This document shows, piece by piece, positions 47,299 to 56,968 of a stretch of DNA of 64,000 nt (position 1 is the stretch's first letter; each line of letters starts with the position of its first letter). The DNA lies in contig OZ244197.1 in assembly GCA_965216785.1 (NCBI GenBank), positions 2,508,349-2,572,348 on the forward strand, read 5' to 3'. The position numbers and the translations under genes are program-made. The stretch comes from Thermodesulfobacteriota bacterium. Lineage in GTDB: Bacteria; Desulfobacterota_D; UBA1144; Nemesobacterales; UBA2774. The notes under the pieces were generated by a model. The model saw only the letters and a list, made by a program, of their open reading frames with translations, did not search any database and had not been told where the DNA came from.

Positions 47299-47799
47299 AT
47301 GAAACTCTACCCTCCACAAAAAAACATGTCTGTACTCTATCTGGCTTTGGCATGTCTTCTTTATTATTTCATCGCAACAGGGTTGCTGTCATCCAATACA
47401 TATATATACAATACGGAATATACATAGTATGTAGAGTTATATAAAGATGGCCGCTCTATAATGCATGTTATAGATACATCCTCTGTAAAGGATATATTCG
47501 ATAGATATAATATTGAAATAAAGAACGGCGACAAAATTATTATAGACGAAGACGGCAGCATTAAAACCGGGAGGATAAGCGGCGTCAAAAGCTTATCTCT
47601 AGGTGTCCCAATCGGGATTAACTCCGCCCCGGCTAAGGACCTTACTGCTCTTCCCGGAATCGGGAGCAAAACAGCAGAGCGCATTATCACCTACAGGGAA
47701 AACTCAGGGGGCTTTAAAAGCCTTGAAGAGATAGATAACGTTGTGGGAATCGGCGAAAAAACTCTGGAGTCTCTAAAGGGCAAGATAAGCCTTGACTAG
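47299..47799 (+). pseudogene. comEA: ComEA-like HhH DNA-binding protein with an in-frame TAG after the membrane anchor
   Basis: ATG at 47299, hydrophobic VLYLALACLLYYFIATGLL, TAG at 47425-47427, then in-frame INSAPAKDLTALPGIGSKTAERII...VVGIGEK. Confidence 0.7.
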
Positions 47800-50513
47800 C
47801 GTCTCAGCAGAAAATCTATTTCGGTCTCTGTTTCGTTCTTCGGAAGACCGTAATCACTCGGCACATATCCGGGGTCCGTGCCAAACTCCCCGCTGTCAAT
47901 CATCACTCTGTCTCTTAAGGAATCCAGCACGTTTTCCCTAAGCGAATCGATGCTGTAGGGCACATTTCCGTATGGAGTACTTACGGTTTTTATGCGCGAA
48001 GGCTTTTTGAATTTGCCCCCGGGGTATTTCTCTAAAGCCTCCTCCATAAAGTCTATCCATATCGGGAGCGCGGCCCTCGAGCCCGCTTCCTTTTTACCGA
48101 TTGGTTTATGGTCGTCACGCCCTACCCAAACCGCTGTTGTGATACGAGGGCTGAACCCCACAAACCACGCGTCCGTGTATTCGTTCGTAGTCCCCGTCTT
48201 TCCGCCCAATGGGGCCTTTGAAGTGAGCCTTGCGGCCCTTCTGCCCGTGCCTTCTTTAATTACAGCTTGAAGTAGATCTGACATTATGTACGCGGTCTCG
48301 GGGCTTAGAGTCTGTTTTTCTTCCCCGCCCGACAAGAAGTCCACTGAGCCAGAGCGGACCAGCTCGAGAAACTCAGCTGGGTTAAAAAACTTATATTCAC
48401 TTGAGTCCGAGGCAAAACCTTCTGAATCCGAAAGCTCATTTTCCTCTAAAAATTCTGAATCAAACTTAGCCTGATCGGGGTCCCTGCCCTTCTTCTTCGC
48501 GAGCGCTCTGATTATATTTAGTCTTTTGGCCTCGCGGTCCGCCTTTAAAGATTCTTCTTTGGATACAAACTGCCCGCCCGTGTTATCCTCGACAATTCTC
48601 CCGTTACGGTCATATATCCTGAGGATGAATACCGGCTCTACAAGCTTCCCTTCGTTCGCAAACACGTTATATGCCTTAACCATTTCCATCACTTTTACGT
48701 CGGCGCCGCCGAGCGCAAGTGAGGGATAGGGGTTGAACTTGGTCTCAAAACCGAAGTTCTTCGCATAGCTAACCACATACTTGGGATCAATATCGAGCAT
48801 CAGCCTGATGGTCGCGAGGTTTCTGGACTTGGCAAGAGCCGTTCTTAAAACTATTGCACCCAGGTAGTTACCGTCGTAGTTCTGCGGCGCCCAGTCCTTG
48901 ATGACTATAGGCATATCATACAGAACAGATGTCTCGGTGTAGCCTTTGTCAATAGCCGCAGAGTAAACAATCGGTTTAAACGCCGAGCCCGGCTGCCTTA
49001 CAGCCTGCACTGTCCTATTAAATTGTGAGGACCTGTAATCAAACCCTCCGACAAGCGCTCTAATATTGCCGCCAGTGTCCATAGCGACCAGAGCGGCTTG
49101 TGTCTCAGGGGCATAATTTAATACGTACTCATATTCTCCGCCTGAGGATTCCATCGCTTTAATTTTTATGACATCGCCTTTTTTAAGGTTTTTAGTTACG
49201 AGGCTTAATCCTCTGTAGCCGTCTGCAGGCACGTACTTTTCTGTGTAAGGAGAGCTTAGTCCGGGAACCGGCTTACCGAGCTTGGGGCTTACGGCATAGC
49301 GAAGCTCCCCCTTTATATCTCCAATCGCAATCTCTGCCGTATAGAGAACCGCTGCTTCATCTTGAGATTTATCGTCTTTTATTTCAGATTGCTCGTTTTT
49401 TGTTATTGAGGTCACTACAGCTTTGTACTCATCACCCGCTTTAATATCCACTATGTTCTGGGCGCTTAAGTATTTTTTAACCTGGGTGTCGTTTGAAAGG
49501 TTTTTGACCACGACTCTGCGGCCTCGTCTCGACTCTAAGTCCACTAGCCCTCTCTTAACAGCCCACTGCGCTTCAAGGTTCAGGTCTACGTCAAGAGTAG
49601 TAAATACGGTGTAACCCCCGTTTATGAATTCCTCTGTGCCGACAGTGTTTTCAAGATAGCGTCTTACGTGCTCCACAAAATAAGGAGCGAGCTTGGAGTT
49701 CACTCTCAAGCGGGGCTTAATGTCTATTTCAAAACTCTCAGCCTCAACTCTTTCGTCCTCTGTAATAAACCCTCCCTCCATCATTCTCCTGAGAACCGTT
49801 TTTTGCCTCTCAAGCGCGCGCTCAGGGTGGTTACGAGGTGAATAGTACTCGGGTTTTTGCGGCAGTCCGGCAAGCAGCGCGGCCTCCGCAAGATTTATAT
49901 CCTTGGCCGATTTACCGAAATAATTTTGGCTTGCAACCTCAATCCCATGCGCTCCGTCAGCCAGATAAATGTGATTTAGATATAGAAATAGAATCTCTTC
50001 CTTTGAAAGGTTATTCTCGATCCTGTGGGCAAGTATCGCCTCTTTTATCTTTCTTGTAAGAGTGCGCTCGGGGGTCAGGATAATATTCTTGATCACCTGC
50101 TGGGTTATCGTGCTTGCGCCTCTTACCCAATCGCCCTCCTGAATGTTCTCAAACATAGCGGCGATAATACTCTTTACGTCGACCCCTTCGTGCTCGAAAA
50201 AGCGGCGGTCCTCAACAGCGATAAAAGCATTTCTCACATGAGTGGGGATATTTTCATACCGAATGATTTTCCTTCTTTCTGCGGCGAATTCTCCAATTAA
50301 TGTCCCGTCCGCTGAGTACACTTCGCTCTTTAGCCGGGGCTTATAACCTGTCACGACAGTGAAATCGGGCAGGTCGCGAGTATAGTACTTATATCCCGCG
50401 TACAGGGCCAGAATCCCAGCTACCAGGAGTATAAAAAAAGCGGCGATAAAGAACATTAACGCCTTGCTTTTTCTGGGTTTTGATTTAAATTTTACTTTCT
50501 TTTTCTTAGCCAT
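47796..50513 (-). CDS. mrcA: Penicillin-binding protein 1A (class A PBP)
   Basis: AVEDRRFFEHEGVD, GASTITQQ, RKIKE; transpeptidase RQPGSAFKP, SRN, GKTGT; likely ATG at 50513 (track start 50567). Confidence 0.92.
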   Translation of the reverse strand: MAKKKKVKFKSKPRKSKALMFFIAAFFILLVAGILALYAGYKYYTRDLPDFTVVTGYKPRLKSEVYSADGTLIGEFAAERRKIIRYENIPTHVRNAFIAVEDRRFFEHEGVDVKSIIAAMFENIQEGDWVRGASTITQQVIKNIILTPERTLTRKIKEAILAHRIENNLSKEEILFLYLNHIYLADGAHGIEVASQNYFGKSAKDINLAEAALLAGLPQKPEYYSPRNHPERALERQKTVLRRMMEGGFITEDERVEAESFEIDIKPRLRVNSKLAPYFVEHVRRYLENTVGTEEFINGGYTVFTTLDVDLNLEAQWAVKRGLVDLESRRGRRVVVKNLSNDTQVKKYLSAQNIVDIKAGDEYKAVVTSITKNEQSEIKDDKSQDEAAVLYTAEIAIGDIKGELRYAVSPKLGKPVPGLSSPYTEKYVPADGYRGLSLVTKNLKKGDVIKIKAMESSGGEYEYVLNYAPETQAALVAMDTGGNIRALVGGFDYRSSQFNRTVQAVRQPGSAFKPIVYSAAIDKGYTETSVLYDMPIVIKDWAPQNYDGNYLGAIVLRTALAKSRNLATIRLMLDIDPKYVVSYAKNFGFETKFNPYPSLALGGADVKVMEMVKAYNVFANEGKLVEPVFILRIYDRNGRIVEDNTGGQFVSKEESLKADREAKRLNIIRALAKKKGRDPDQAKFDSEFLEENELSDSEGFASDSSEYKFFNPAEFLELVRSGSVDFLSGGEEKQTLSPETAYIMSDLLQAVIKEGTGRRAARLTSKAPLGGKTGTTNEYTDAWFVGFSPRITTAVWVGRDDHKPIGKKEAGSRAALPIWIDFMEEALEKYPGGKFKKPSRIKTVSTPYGNVPYSIDSLRENVLDSLRDRVMIDSGEFGTDPGYVPSDYGLPKNETETEIDFLLRR

Positions 50514-50625
50514 TAGATTCGACGCTGTCCGCTCAGAGGCAATTGAGTGGGAATGAAAATTAAACATAATTATACCTGAGATAAAGCGGTTTTATAAAGC
50601 TTTAAATTCGCCGGGTTTAAATTTC

Positions 50626-50835
50626 ATGGAACAGAAAAATACTGAAGAGGCACTTACGCTGGATACATATATTAAAGGCGTAAAAGACCAAGAGATAAAG
50701 GGCATACTGCTTAAGCTCAAGAACGAAATACGTAGAACGGACGCTGACAAGAACACAATTGAAGCAGTTATTGCCTCATTAAAAGATAAAAACATCACCA
50801 TAGCCGAGGAAGTGCTAAACTTAATCCAGGACTAA
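50626..50835 (+). CDS. Small hypothetical helical protein
   Basis: 69-aa ORF with amphipathic helical pattern, divergent from PBP1A. Confidence 0.55.
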   Translation: MEQKNTEEALTLDTYIKGVKDQEIKGILLKLKNEIRRTDADKNTIEAVIASLKDKNITIAEEVLNLIQD

Positions 50836-50940
50836 TGTGGACAGAGGCGAGCGTCTTTGCGCGATGCCGGGGATTAAAATTGGCTACAGAGGCTGGGGGC
50901 AGCGAGCGAACGTACTGCGTGAGCGAGAGCAGGATAAAAT
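50836..50940 (+). repeat. Modular GGACAGAGGC repeat array, locus 3 (two units)
   Basis: GGACAGAGGCGAGCG...GCGATGCC...TAAAAT and ACAGAGGCTGGGGGC.GCGAG.GAACG...GTGAGCGAGAGC.GGATAAAAT match modules in locus 2. Confidence 0.8.
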
Positions 50941-51019
50941 CAACCGTGCAGCTGTGCCGGGGCTATATTACCGGCAGGCAATCAACGGCACATAGTACTA
51001 TTCTTAGGAATACAAAATT

Positions 51020-51958
51020 ATGAATGCTCAAAAGAATACGGCAGACAGCATACTTGACTTAATAGGCGGAACACCTGTTATAAAGCTCCACAATATAGCC
51101 ACCGATGACTCTGCCGCCATATGGGCAAAGCTCGAGAACCTGAACCCCGCGGGCAGCACAAAAGAGAGAATATCTCTAAGAATGATAGAAAGCGCTGAGA
51201 AAAAAGGACTCATTACCCCCGGGAAAACAGTAATTATCGAGGCCACGAGCGGTAACACCGGCATAGGCCTTGCGCTTGTATCCGCGCTTAAAGGCTACGA
51301 TCTTATCCTTACCATGCCAGCAGGAAAGAGTTTTGAGAGAAGGCAGCTGCTTTCAGCTTACGGGGCTGAGGTTATTTTGACCCCTGCCGAAGAGCTCATG
51401 GAAGGCGCGGTCACAAAAGCCAAAGAAATAGCGGCCGAGCGCCCGGACTCTATAATGTTAAGCCAATACGAAAACCCTGAAAACCCAGAAGCGCACCGCC
51501 TCGGTACAGGGGCGGAGATAATAGAGCAGGTACCTCCCCCCATAGACGCCTTTGTTTCGACCGTCGGCACAGGAGGCACGTTAAGCGGAGTCGGAAGCGC
51601 TCTCAGAGAGAAGTACCCTAACGTGCGCCTAGTCGCTGTTGAACCTGCCGAATCCGCGGTGCTTTCGGGAGAGGAGCCCCATATGCACGATATACAGGGC
51701 ATTGGCCCCGGGTTCATCCCCCCTATACTGGACTCAGATATGTATGACGAGATAATTCAGGTATCGGCAAGTGAAGCAGCCGAGTTTGCAAGAGAAATTG
51801 CTCTTAAAGAAGGGCTTTTAGTCGGTATTTCATCGGGCGCGTCAGGGTATGCGGCCCTTAAAATTGCAAAAAGGCTTGGCCCGGGTAAACAGGTAGTTAC
51901 AATTTTCTGCGATACAGGCGAGCGCTATTTAAGCACTGGACTTTTCGGAAACGAATAA
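51020..51958 (+). CDS. cysK: Cysteine synthase A family
   Basis: AKLENLNPAGSTKER, IEATSGNTGIGLA, VGTGGT, IQGIG, DTGERYLST. Confidence 0.9.
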   Translation: MNAQKNTADSILDLIGGTPVIKLHNIATDDSAAIWAKLENLNPAGSTKERISLRMIESAEKKGLITPGKTVIIEATSGNTGIGLALVSALKGYDLILTMPAGKSFERRQLLSAYGAEVILTPAEELMEGAVTKAKEIAAERPDSIMLSQYENPENPEAHRLGTGAEIIEQVPPPIDAFVSTVGTGGTLSGVGSALREKYPNVRLVAVEPAESAVLSGEEPHMHDIQGIGPGFIPPILDSDMYDEIIQVSASEAAEFAREIALKEGLLVGISSGASGYAALKIAKRLGPGKQVVTIFCDTGERYLSTGLFGNE

Positions 51959-52163
51959 TATATTAAGTTTAGGATAGTATATGCTTTATTGTGAGGAAAT
52001 GGTGACAGTCCAAGCACAAAGCATACAGGGACAGCGGGAATGCAATAAAAACGAGCGTTTCACAGCAGTAGAGAGGAATTAGTAGTGTTTGATAATGACG
52101 GCTATATGTGGTATCTTTGAGTATGCTTTCCTGCAGTTATATTTTAAATTATACGAGGTCTAA

Positions 52164-54059
52164 GTGAACAGCCAATTATTTAAAAATTTAGTACTATGGT
52201 TGGTAATTTTTGTAGCAATAATAGCTTTATACCAACTTGTGCATACCCCTAGAGTCGCTACTCTCGAAATCCCTTATAGCGAGTTTTTAGAATATGTGGA
52301 TAAGGGTGATGTAAAGGAGCTCGAATTTAAGGGCGAGCAAATAACGGGTGAGTTTTCAAGCCCTGTTGGAGAGAGTTCTGATACGGGCTTTAAAACAGTC
52401 GGTCCCGCAAGCGAAGACCTCCTGAAAACCCTTGAAGAAAAAGGTGTTTCATTTAAATTCGATGCCAATAAAGAAGGCTCGCTTACTCATATCCTTCTCA
52501 ACTGGGCTCCGCTGATTCTTCTTATAGTCATTATGGTTTTCTTTATGCGTCAGCTGCAGGCGGGCGGCACGAAGGCTATGTCTTTTGGTAAAAACAAAGC
52601 CAGAATGCTTTCTGAAAATCAAAACAAGATCACATTTAAAGACGTTGCAGGCGTAGACGAGGCGAAAGAGGAAGTCCAGGAGATTGTGGAGTTCCTGAAG
52701 AGCCCTAAGAAATTTACCAAGATCGGAGGCCGCATACCAAAGGGTATTCTGCTTGTAGGTCCTCCTGGGACGGGTAAAACCCTTCTGGCAAAAGCCATAG
52801 CCGGTGAGGCGGGTGTGCCGTTCTTTATTATTAGCGGCAGCGACTTTGTTGAAATGTTTGTAGGAGTAGGTGCGTCAAGGGTCAGGGACCTTTTCGTTCA
52901 GGCTAAGCGCCACGCTCCCTGCATTATCTTCGTCGACGAGCTTGACGCCGTAGGCAGGCACAGGGGTGCTGGGCTCGGCGGAGGACACGACGAGAGAGAG
53001 CAGACGCTAAACCAGCTGCTTGTTGAGATGGACGGTTTTGAATCCAACGAAGGGATTATTGTGATGGCGGCGACCAACCGCCCCGACGTGCTTGACCCCG
53101 CTCTTCTAAGGCCGGGCCGGTTTGACCGGCAGGTTGTAGTTCCGAGACCCGACGTAAGAGGAAGAGAAGAGATTCTGAAAGTGCATTCTAAAAACACTCC
53201 GCTTGATAGCGATGTCGAGCTTTCCGTAATCGCGCGGTCCACTCCGGGCTTTTCAGGCGCGGACCTTGAGAACCTCGTGAACGAATCGGCCCTTCATGCG
53301 GCAAGGCAAAGCAGAGCAAAAATCTCGATGCAGGACTTTGAGTTCGCAAAAGACAAAGTCATTATGGGTGTTGAGAGAAAGAGCATGATAATAAGCGACT
53401 CGGAAAGAAAAATCACCGCATACCACGAAGCGGGCCATGCGCTTGTAGCAAAGCTGACGCCGGGAACAGACCCGATTCACAAGGTCACCATTATACCGAG
53501 AGGAATGGCGCTTGGAGTAACACAGCAGCTGCCTATTGAAGACAAATACACGCTTTCCAGAACGAGCCTTAACGGGACAATCAAAGTCCTGCTCGGAGGA
53601 AGAGCCGCCGAGGAAATAGTATTTGGCGAGCGCACGAGCGGCGCAGGGAACGACCTTGACCGTGTTACGGATATCGCGCGCCGAATGGTGTGTGAATGGG
53701 GAATGAGTGAAAAAGTTGGTCCCGTTACGTTTGGCAAAGGTGAAGACCAGATTTTCTTGGGCAAAGAGATATCAAAACCCAAAGACTATAGCGAAGAGAC
53801 AGCTATTGAAATTGATAGCGAGATACGCTCTATTGTCACGGACAATTATTCAAAAGCGAAATCTACTCTTGAAGATAATATTGACTTACTTCACAAGCTT
53901 GCCGAGATGCTCCTCGATAAGGAAGTCATAGACGGAAAAGAGCTCGATGAGCTCGTTAGTAGCCACAAGCCCCAAAAAGATTATCCCTCCCCTTGGCAAA
54001 ACCCGACCACAGAAGGGTCGGTAGCCTTTAGGAGCAGTAATAATTCTGAAGACGCTTGA
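52164..54059 (+). CDS. ftsH: ATP-dependent zinc metalloprotease FtsH
   Basis: [41 protein letters not shown]. Confidence 0.97.
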   Translation: MNSQLFKNLVLWLVIFVAIIALYQLVHTPRVATLEIPYSEFLEYVDKGDVKELEFKGEQITGEFSSPVGESSDTGFKTVGPASEDLLKTLEEKGVSFKFDANKEGSLTHILLNWAPLILLIVIMVFFMRQLQAGGTKAMSFGKNKARMLSENQNKITFKDVAGVDEAKEEVQEIVEFLKSPKKFTKIGGRIPKGILLVGPPGTGKTLLAKAIAGEAGVPFFIISGSDFVEMFVGVGASRVRDLFVQAKRHAPCIIFVDELDAVGRHRGAGLGGGHDEREQTLNQLLVEMDGFESNEGIIVMAATNRPDVLDPALLRPGRFDRQVVVPRPDVRGREEILKVHSKNTPLDSDVELSVIARSTPGFSGADLENLVNESALHAARQSRAKISMQDFEFAKDKVIMGVERKSMIISDSERKITAYHEAGHALVAKLTPGTDPIHKVTIIPRGMALGVTQQLPIEDKYTLSRTSLNGTIKVLLGGRAAEEIVFGERTSGAGNDLDRVTDIARRMVCEWGMSEKVGPVTFGKGEDQIFLGKEISKPKDYSEETAIEIDSEIRSIVTDNYSKAKSTLEDNIDLLHKLAEMLLDKEVIDGKELDELVSSHKPQKDYPSPWQNPTTEGSVAFRSSNNSEDA

Positions 54060-54179
54060 TCCGCAGTACTTATTACTTACGGCGCGGTGTATCGGGGTTC
54101 TCTAATTTTGAATAGACAACGGAGCCGATTTACATTTTTGGCTCCGACTATATAAGTAAATCCCTTTAGCGAGGCAGAA

Positions 54180-55100
54180 ATGTTGCGTGAGAATGCGGCT
54201 AACTCAAAAATCGGTCTGGAAGATGAAACGGGAACCTCTGTTTTAAATACCCATCTGTTCAAGTGCAGGGACACCGAGTTTGACCTGAGTTTAAGGACTC
54301 ACATAATGGGAGTGCTGAATACGACGCCCGACTCCTTTTATGACGGAGGGAATTACTCGCAGATAGATGCAGCTTTAAAACACGTGGAAAAAATGATAGA
54401 GGAAGGCGCGGATATTATAGACATAGGCGGTGAATCCACCCGCCCGGGCTCCCTACCCGTCTCAGCCAAAGAAGAGCTGGAAAGGGTGATACCGGTCATA
54501 AAGGAAATAAGAAAACGTTTTGACATACCGCTATCCATTGATACAACGAAATCAGAGGTCGCCCTCAGGGCGCTGGAGGAAGGCGTGAAGATTGTTAACG
54601 ACATAAGCGCTCTCACTTTTGACCCGGAAATCGCAGACGCAGCATCTAAATACGGAGCAGGACTTGTTCTGAGCCACACTACTTCGAGACCCCGCGATAT
54701 GCAGAGCAAAACCAGTTACGGCTCTCTTATCGAAGACATTAAGCTCCCTCTTCGAATTTCAGTAAAACTGGCTGAGCACAGAGGCGTGCGTCCGCGCTCT
54801 ATTGTTGTAGACCCAGGATTTGGTTTTGGAAAAACAGTAGAGCAGAATTTAGCTATTCTTAAGCACTTAAACTCTTTCCTAGAACTCGGCAAACCTATAT
54901 TAATCGGGACTTCAAACAAGTCATTTATCGGCAAAGTCCTTGATGCGGAGGCAGGAGATAGAACCGAAGGCACGGCGGCCACGGTAGCGGTCGGTATACT
55001 AAATGGGGCTTCCATAATACGAGTACATGAAACGGGGTATATGAAACGCGTATCCCAAATGATTGATGCAATACTTAATGTTAGTCACGAAACTTATTGA
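54180..55100 (+). CDS. folP: Dihydropteroate synthase
   Basis: MGVLNTTPDSFYDGG, IDIGGESTRPG, DPGFGFGK, SNKSF, IRVHE. Confidence 0.94.
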   Translation: MLRENAANSKIGLEDETGTSVLNTHLFKCRDTEFDLSLRTHIMGVLNTTPDSFYDGGNYSQIDAALKHVEKMIEEGADIIDIGGESTRPGSLPVSAKEELERVIPVIKEIRKRFDIPLSIDTTKSEVALRALEEGVKIVNDISALTFDPEIADAASKYGAGLVLSHTTSRPRDMQSKTSYGSLIEDIKLPLRISVKLAEHRGVRPRSIVVDPGFGFGKTVEQNLAILKHLNSFLELGKPILIGTSNKSFIGKVLDAEAGDRTEGTAATVAVGILNGASIIRVHETGYMKRVSQMIDAILNVSHETY

Positions 55101-55135
55101 AATGTCTTAACTTTTTCTAAGTTTTAAGTTATAAT

Positions 55136-55948
55136 TTGATTATGCTCGACGCTATAATTAATTACCGCTACGTTTGGGATACTCTCGACATCGTACTTGT
55201 CGCATTCGTAATATATTATGCGCTAAGGATAATAGAGGGCACAAGAGCAGTTCAGATACTGTTCGGACTGGTACTTCTAGTAGTGCTTTATTACTTCTCT
55301 CAAAGAGGTCTTTTCACTCTCAACTGGATACTCGGGCAGTTCCTGGGATCGATAATATTAATAGTGGTGATACTTTTCCAGCACGACATTCGCCGGGGCC
55401 TTGCGGCAATCGGAAGGAGACCTTTTTTACTAAAACTCTCTCCAGGCAAGTCAAAACAGCTCTATGCCGAAGAAGTTGTAAAAGCGGCGAGCTACCTGGC
55501 CAATAGACATATAGGCGCGCTCATAGCGATTGAAAGGAACAACAGCTTATCTGACTTTATAGAAATAGGTATGAGGATCGACGCGCTCGTGTCAAGAGAG
55601 CTTATAATCAGCATATTCAACCCCGCCTCCCCTCTTCACGACGGCGGGATAATCATAGTAGGCAACAGGATCGTTTCCGCGGGCTCGTTTTTCCCGCTTG
55701 TTACCGACCCCGATCTTGAGAGGGAGCTCGGAACGAGACATAGGGCGGCAATCGGGCTCTCAGCCGAGACAGATGCAATGGTAATTGCCGTTTCCGAAGA
55801 GACCGGCACCATTTCCCTTGCCTCTGGGGGCGAGATCACCAGGGGACTCGACGCGACAGCTCTTAACAACAAGCTTCAGGAACTCCTTGGCATAAAAAAG
55901 CCCGATCAGCCTAAACAAGTTGCGATAACTAACAAAGAGGAGAGCTAA
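55136..55948 (+). CDS. cdaA: Diadenylate cyclase CdaA
   Basis: Three TM helices, SPLHDGG, LGTRHRAAIG, VSEETG. Confidence 0.93.
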   Translation: MIMLDAIINYRYVWDTLDIVLVAFVIYYALRIIEGTRAVQILFGLVLLVVLYYFSQRGLFTLNWILGQFLGSIILIVVILFQHDIRRGLAAIGRRPFLLKLSPGKSKQLYAEEVVKAASYLANRHIGALIAIERNNSLSDFIEIGMRIDALVSRELIISIFNPASPLHDGGIIIVGNRIVSAGSFFPLVTDPDLERELGTRHRAAIGLSAETDAMVIAVSEETGTISLASGGEITRGLDATALNNKLQELLGIKKPDQPKQVAITNKEES

Positions 55949-55973
55949 GAGCAAACACCTTTAGGGTATAGAT

Positions 55974-56954
55974 ATGGTGGACTGGTTAAAAAAACCCTAT
56001 CAATCAGATAGCGGCAATACTAATAAAGCAAAAACTCCTTTCTTCTCGGACATGGGAAAGAAGCTCCTTGCTGTGGTAATCGCCATATCGCTTTGGATGG
56101 TAGCAAACCTGCAGCACGACGTAGATAAAAATGTGAATATAGATATTAACTATGCGAATCTGCCCCCAGGACTTGTTATAGCCAACAATCCGCCGGAAAA
56201 GCTCACAGTAAGAATGAGAGGCCCCAGAAGTCAGCTGCCCTCAGCCAACTCAGAGACTATGTTATTTACAATCGATCTCTCAAACCTTGGCGAAGGCATG
56301 TCACGGTTTGATATAACCACGGATCAGATTATTCCACCCAGGGACGTACAGGTCACGGGCATAAGCCCGGCTGAGATAGAGATCGATATAGACAAGCTTA
56401 GCGATAAGAACGTAAAAGTCGTGCCTTCTTTAGGACCGCTCGAGCCAGGGTATGAAATTATCGGCGAGCCCGAAGTAGTGCCGTCAGAGATCATGGTCCG
56501 CGGCCCTGAAAGCCTGATAAATAAAATCAACAGCATAACTACAGACCCTGTGGATCTAAAGGGAGAAAGGTCGAAATTTACCATAGAAGTGCCGCTCCGC
56601 TCCCCCTACTCTCTTGTTAAAGTGGTAGGCAACAACACAGTGCGAGTTACAGTGGACATAGCGGAAAGGACACTGGAGAAAGAATTTAACAACCTTGCGA
56701 TAAACTTTGTTAACTTCGACGATTTTGATTTTGAAACAGACGGTAATATCGTTACCGAGATCTCATTCGAAGGCCCTTTCAGCATAATCAACAACCTCAG
56801 CAGCGAAGACATAGAGCTCTTCGTTGACGGAAGCGATATTAGTAATAACAGCAACAAGACTCATAAACTAAAAGTCAGCGTCGATTATCCTCACAAGGAA
56901 TTACTCAAGTTAAAGAGTCAATCCCCAAAGACAATCGAGATAAAATTAAACTGA
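55974..56954 (+). CDS. cdaR: CdaR/YbbR-domain protein
   Basis: KLLAVVIAISLW anchor, YbbR-like repeats, position between cdaA and glmM. Confidence 0.8.
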   Translation: MVDWLKKPYQSDSGNTNKAKTPFFSDMGKKLLAVVIAISLWMVANLQHDVDKNVNIDINYANLPPGLVIANNPPEKLTVRMRGPRSQLPSANSETMLFTIDLSNLGEGMSRFDITTDQIIPPRDVQVTGISPAEIEIDIDKLSDKNVKVVPSLGPLEPGYEIIGEPEVVPSEIMVRGPESLINKINSITTDPVDLKGERSKFTIEVPLRSPYSLVKVVGNNTVRVTVDIAERTLEKEFNNLAINFVNFDDFDFETDGNIVTEISFEGPFSIINNLSSEDIELFVDGSDISNNSNKTHKLKVSVDYPHKELLKLKSQSPKTIEIKLN

Positions 56955-56968
56955 GCGGGAGAATCAGC

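Noticed and set aside
14248-47427. Stop-codon recoding as a common explanation for the in-frame TAA and TAG
   Set aside because: The two stops differ, and TAA, TAG and TGA all terminate conserved genes normally in this window.
51999-52082. 27-aa ORF MVTVQAQSIQGQRECNKNERFTAVERN with a GAGG SD between cysK and ftsH
   Set aside because: No compositional or structural support; compatible with chance.
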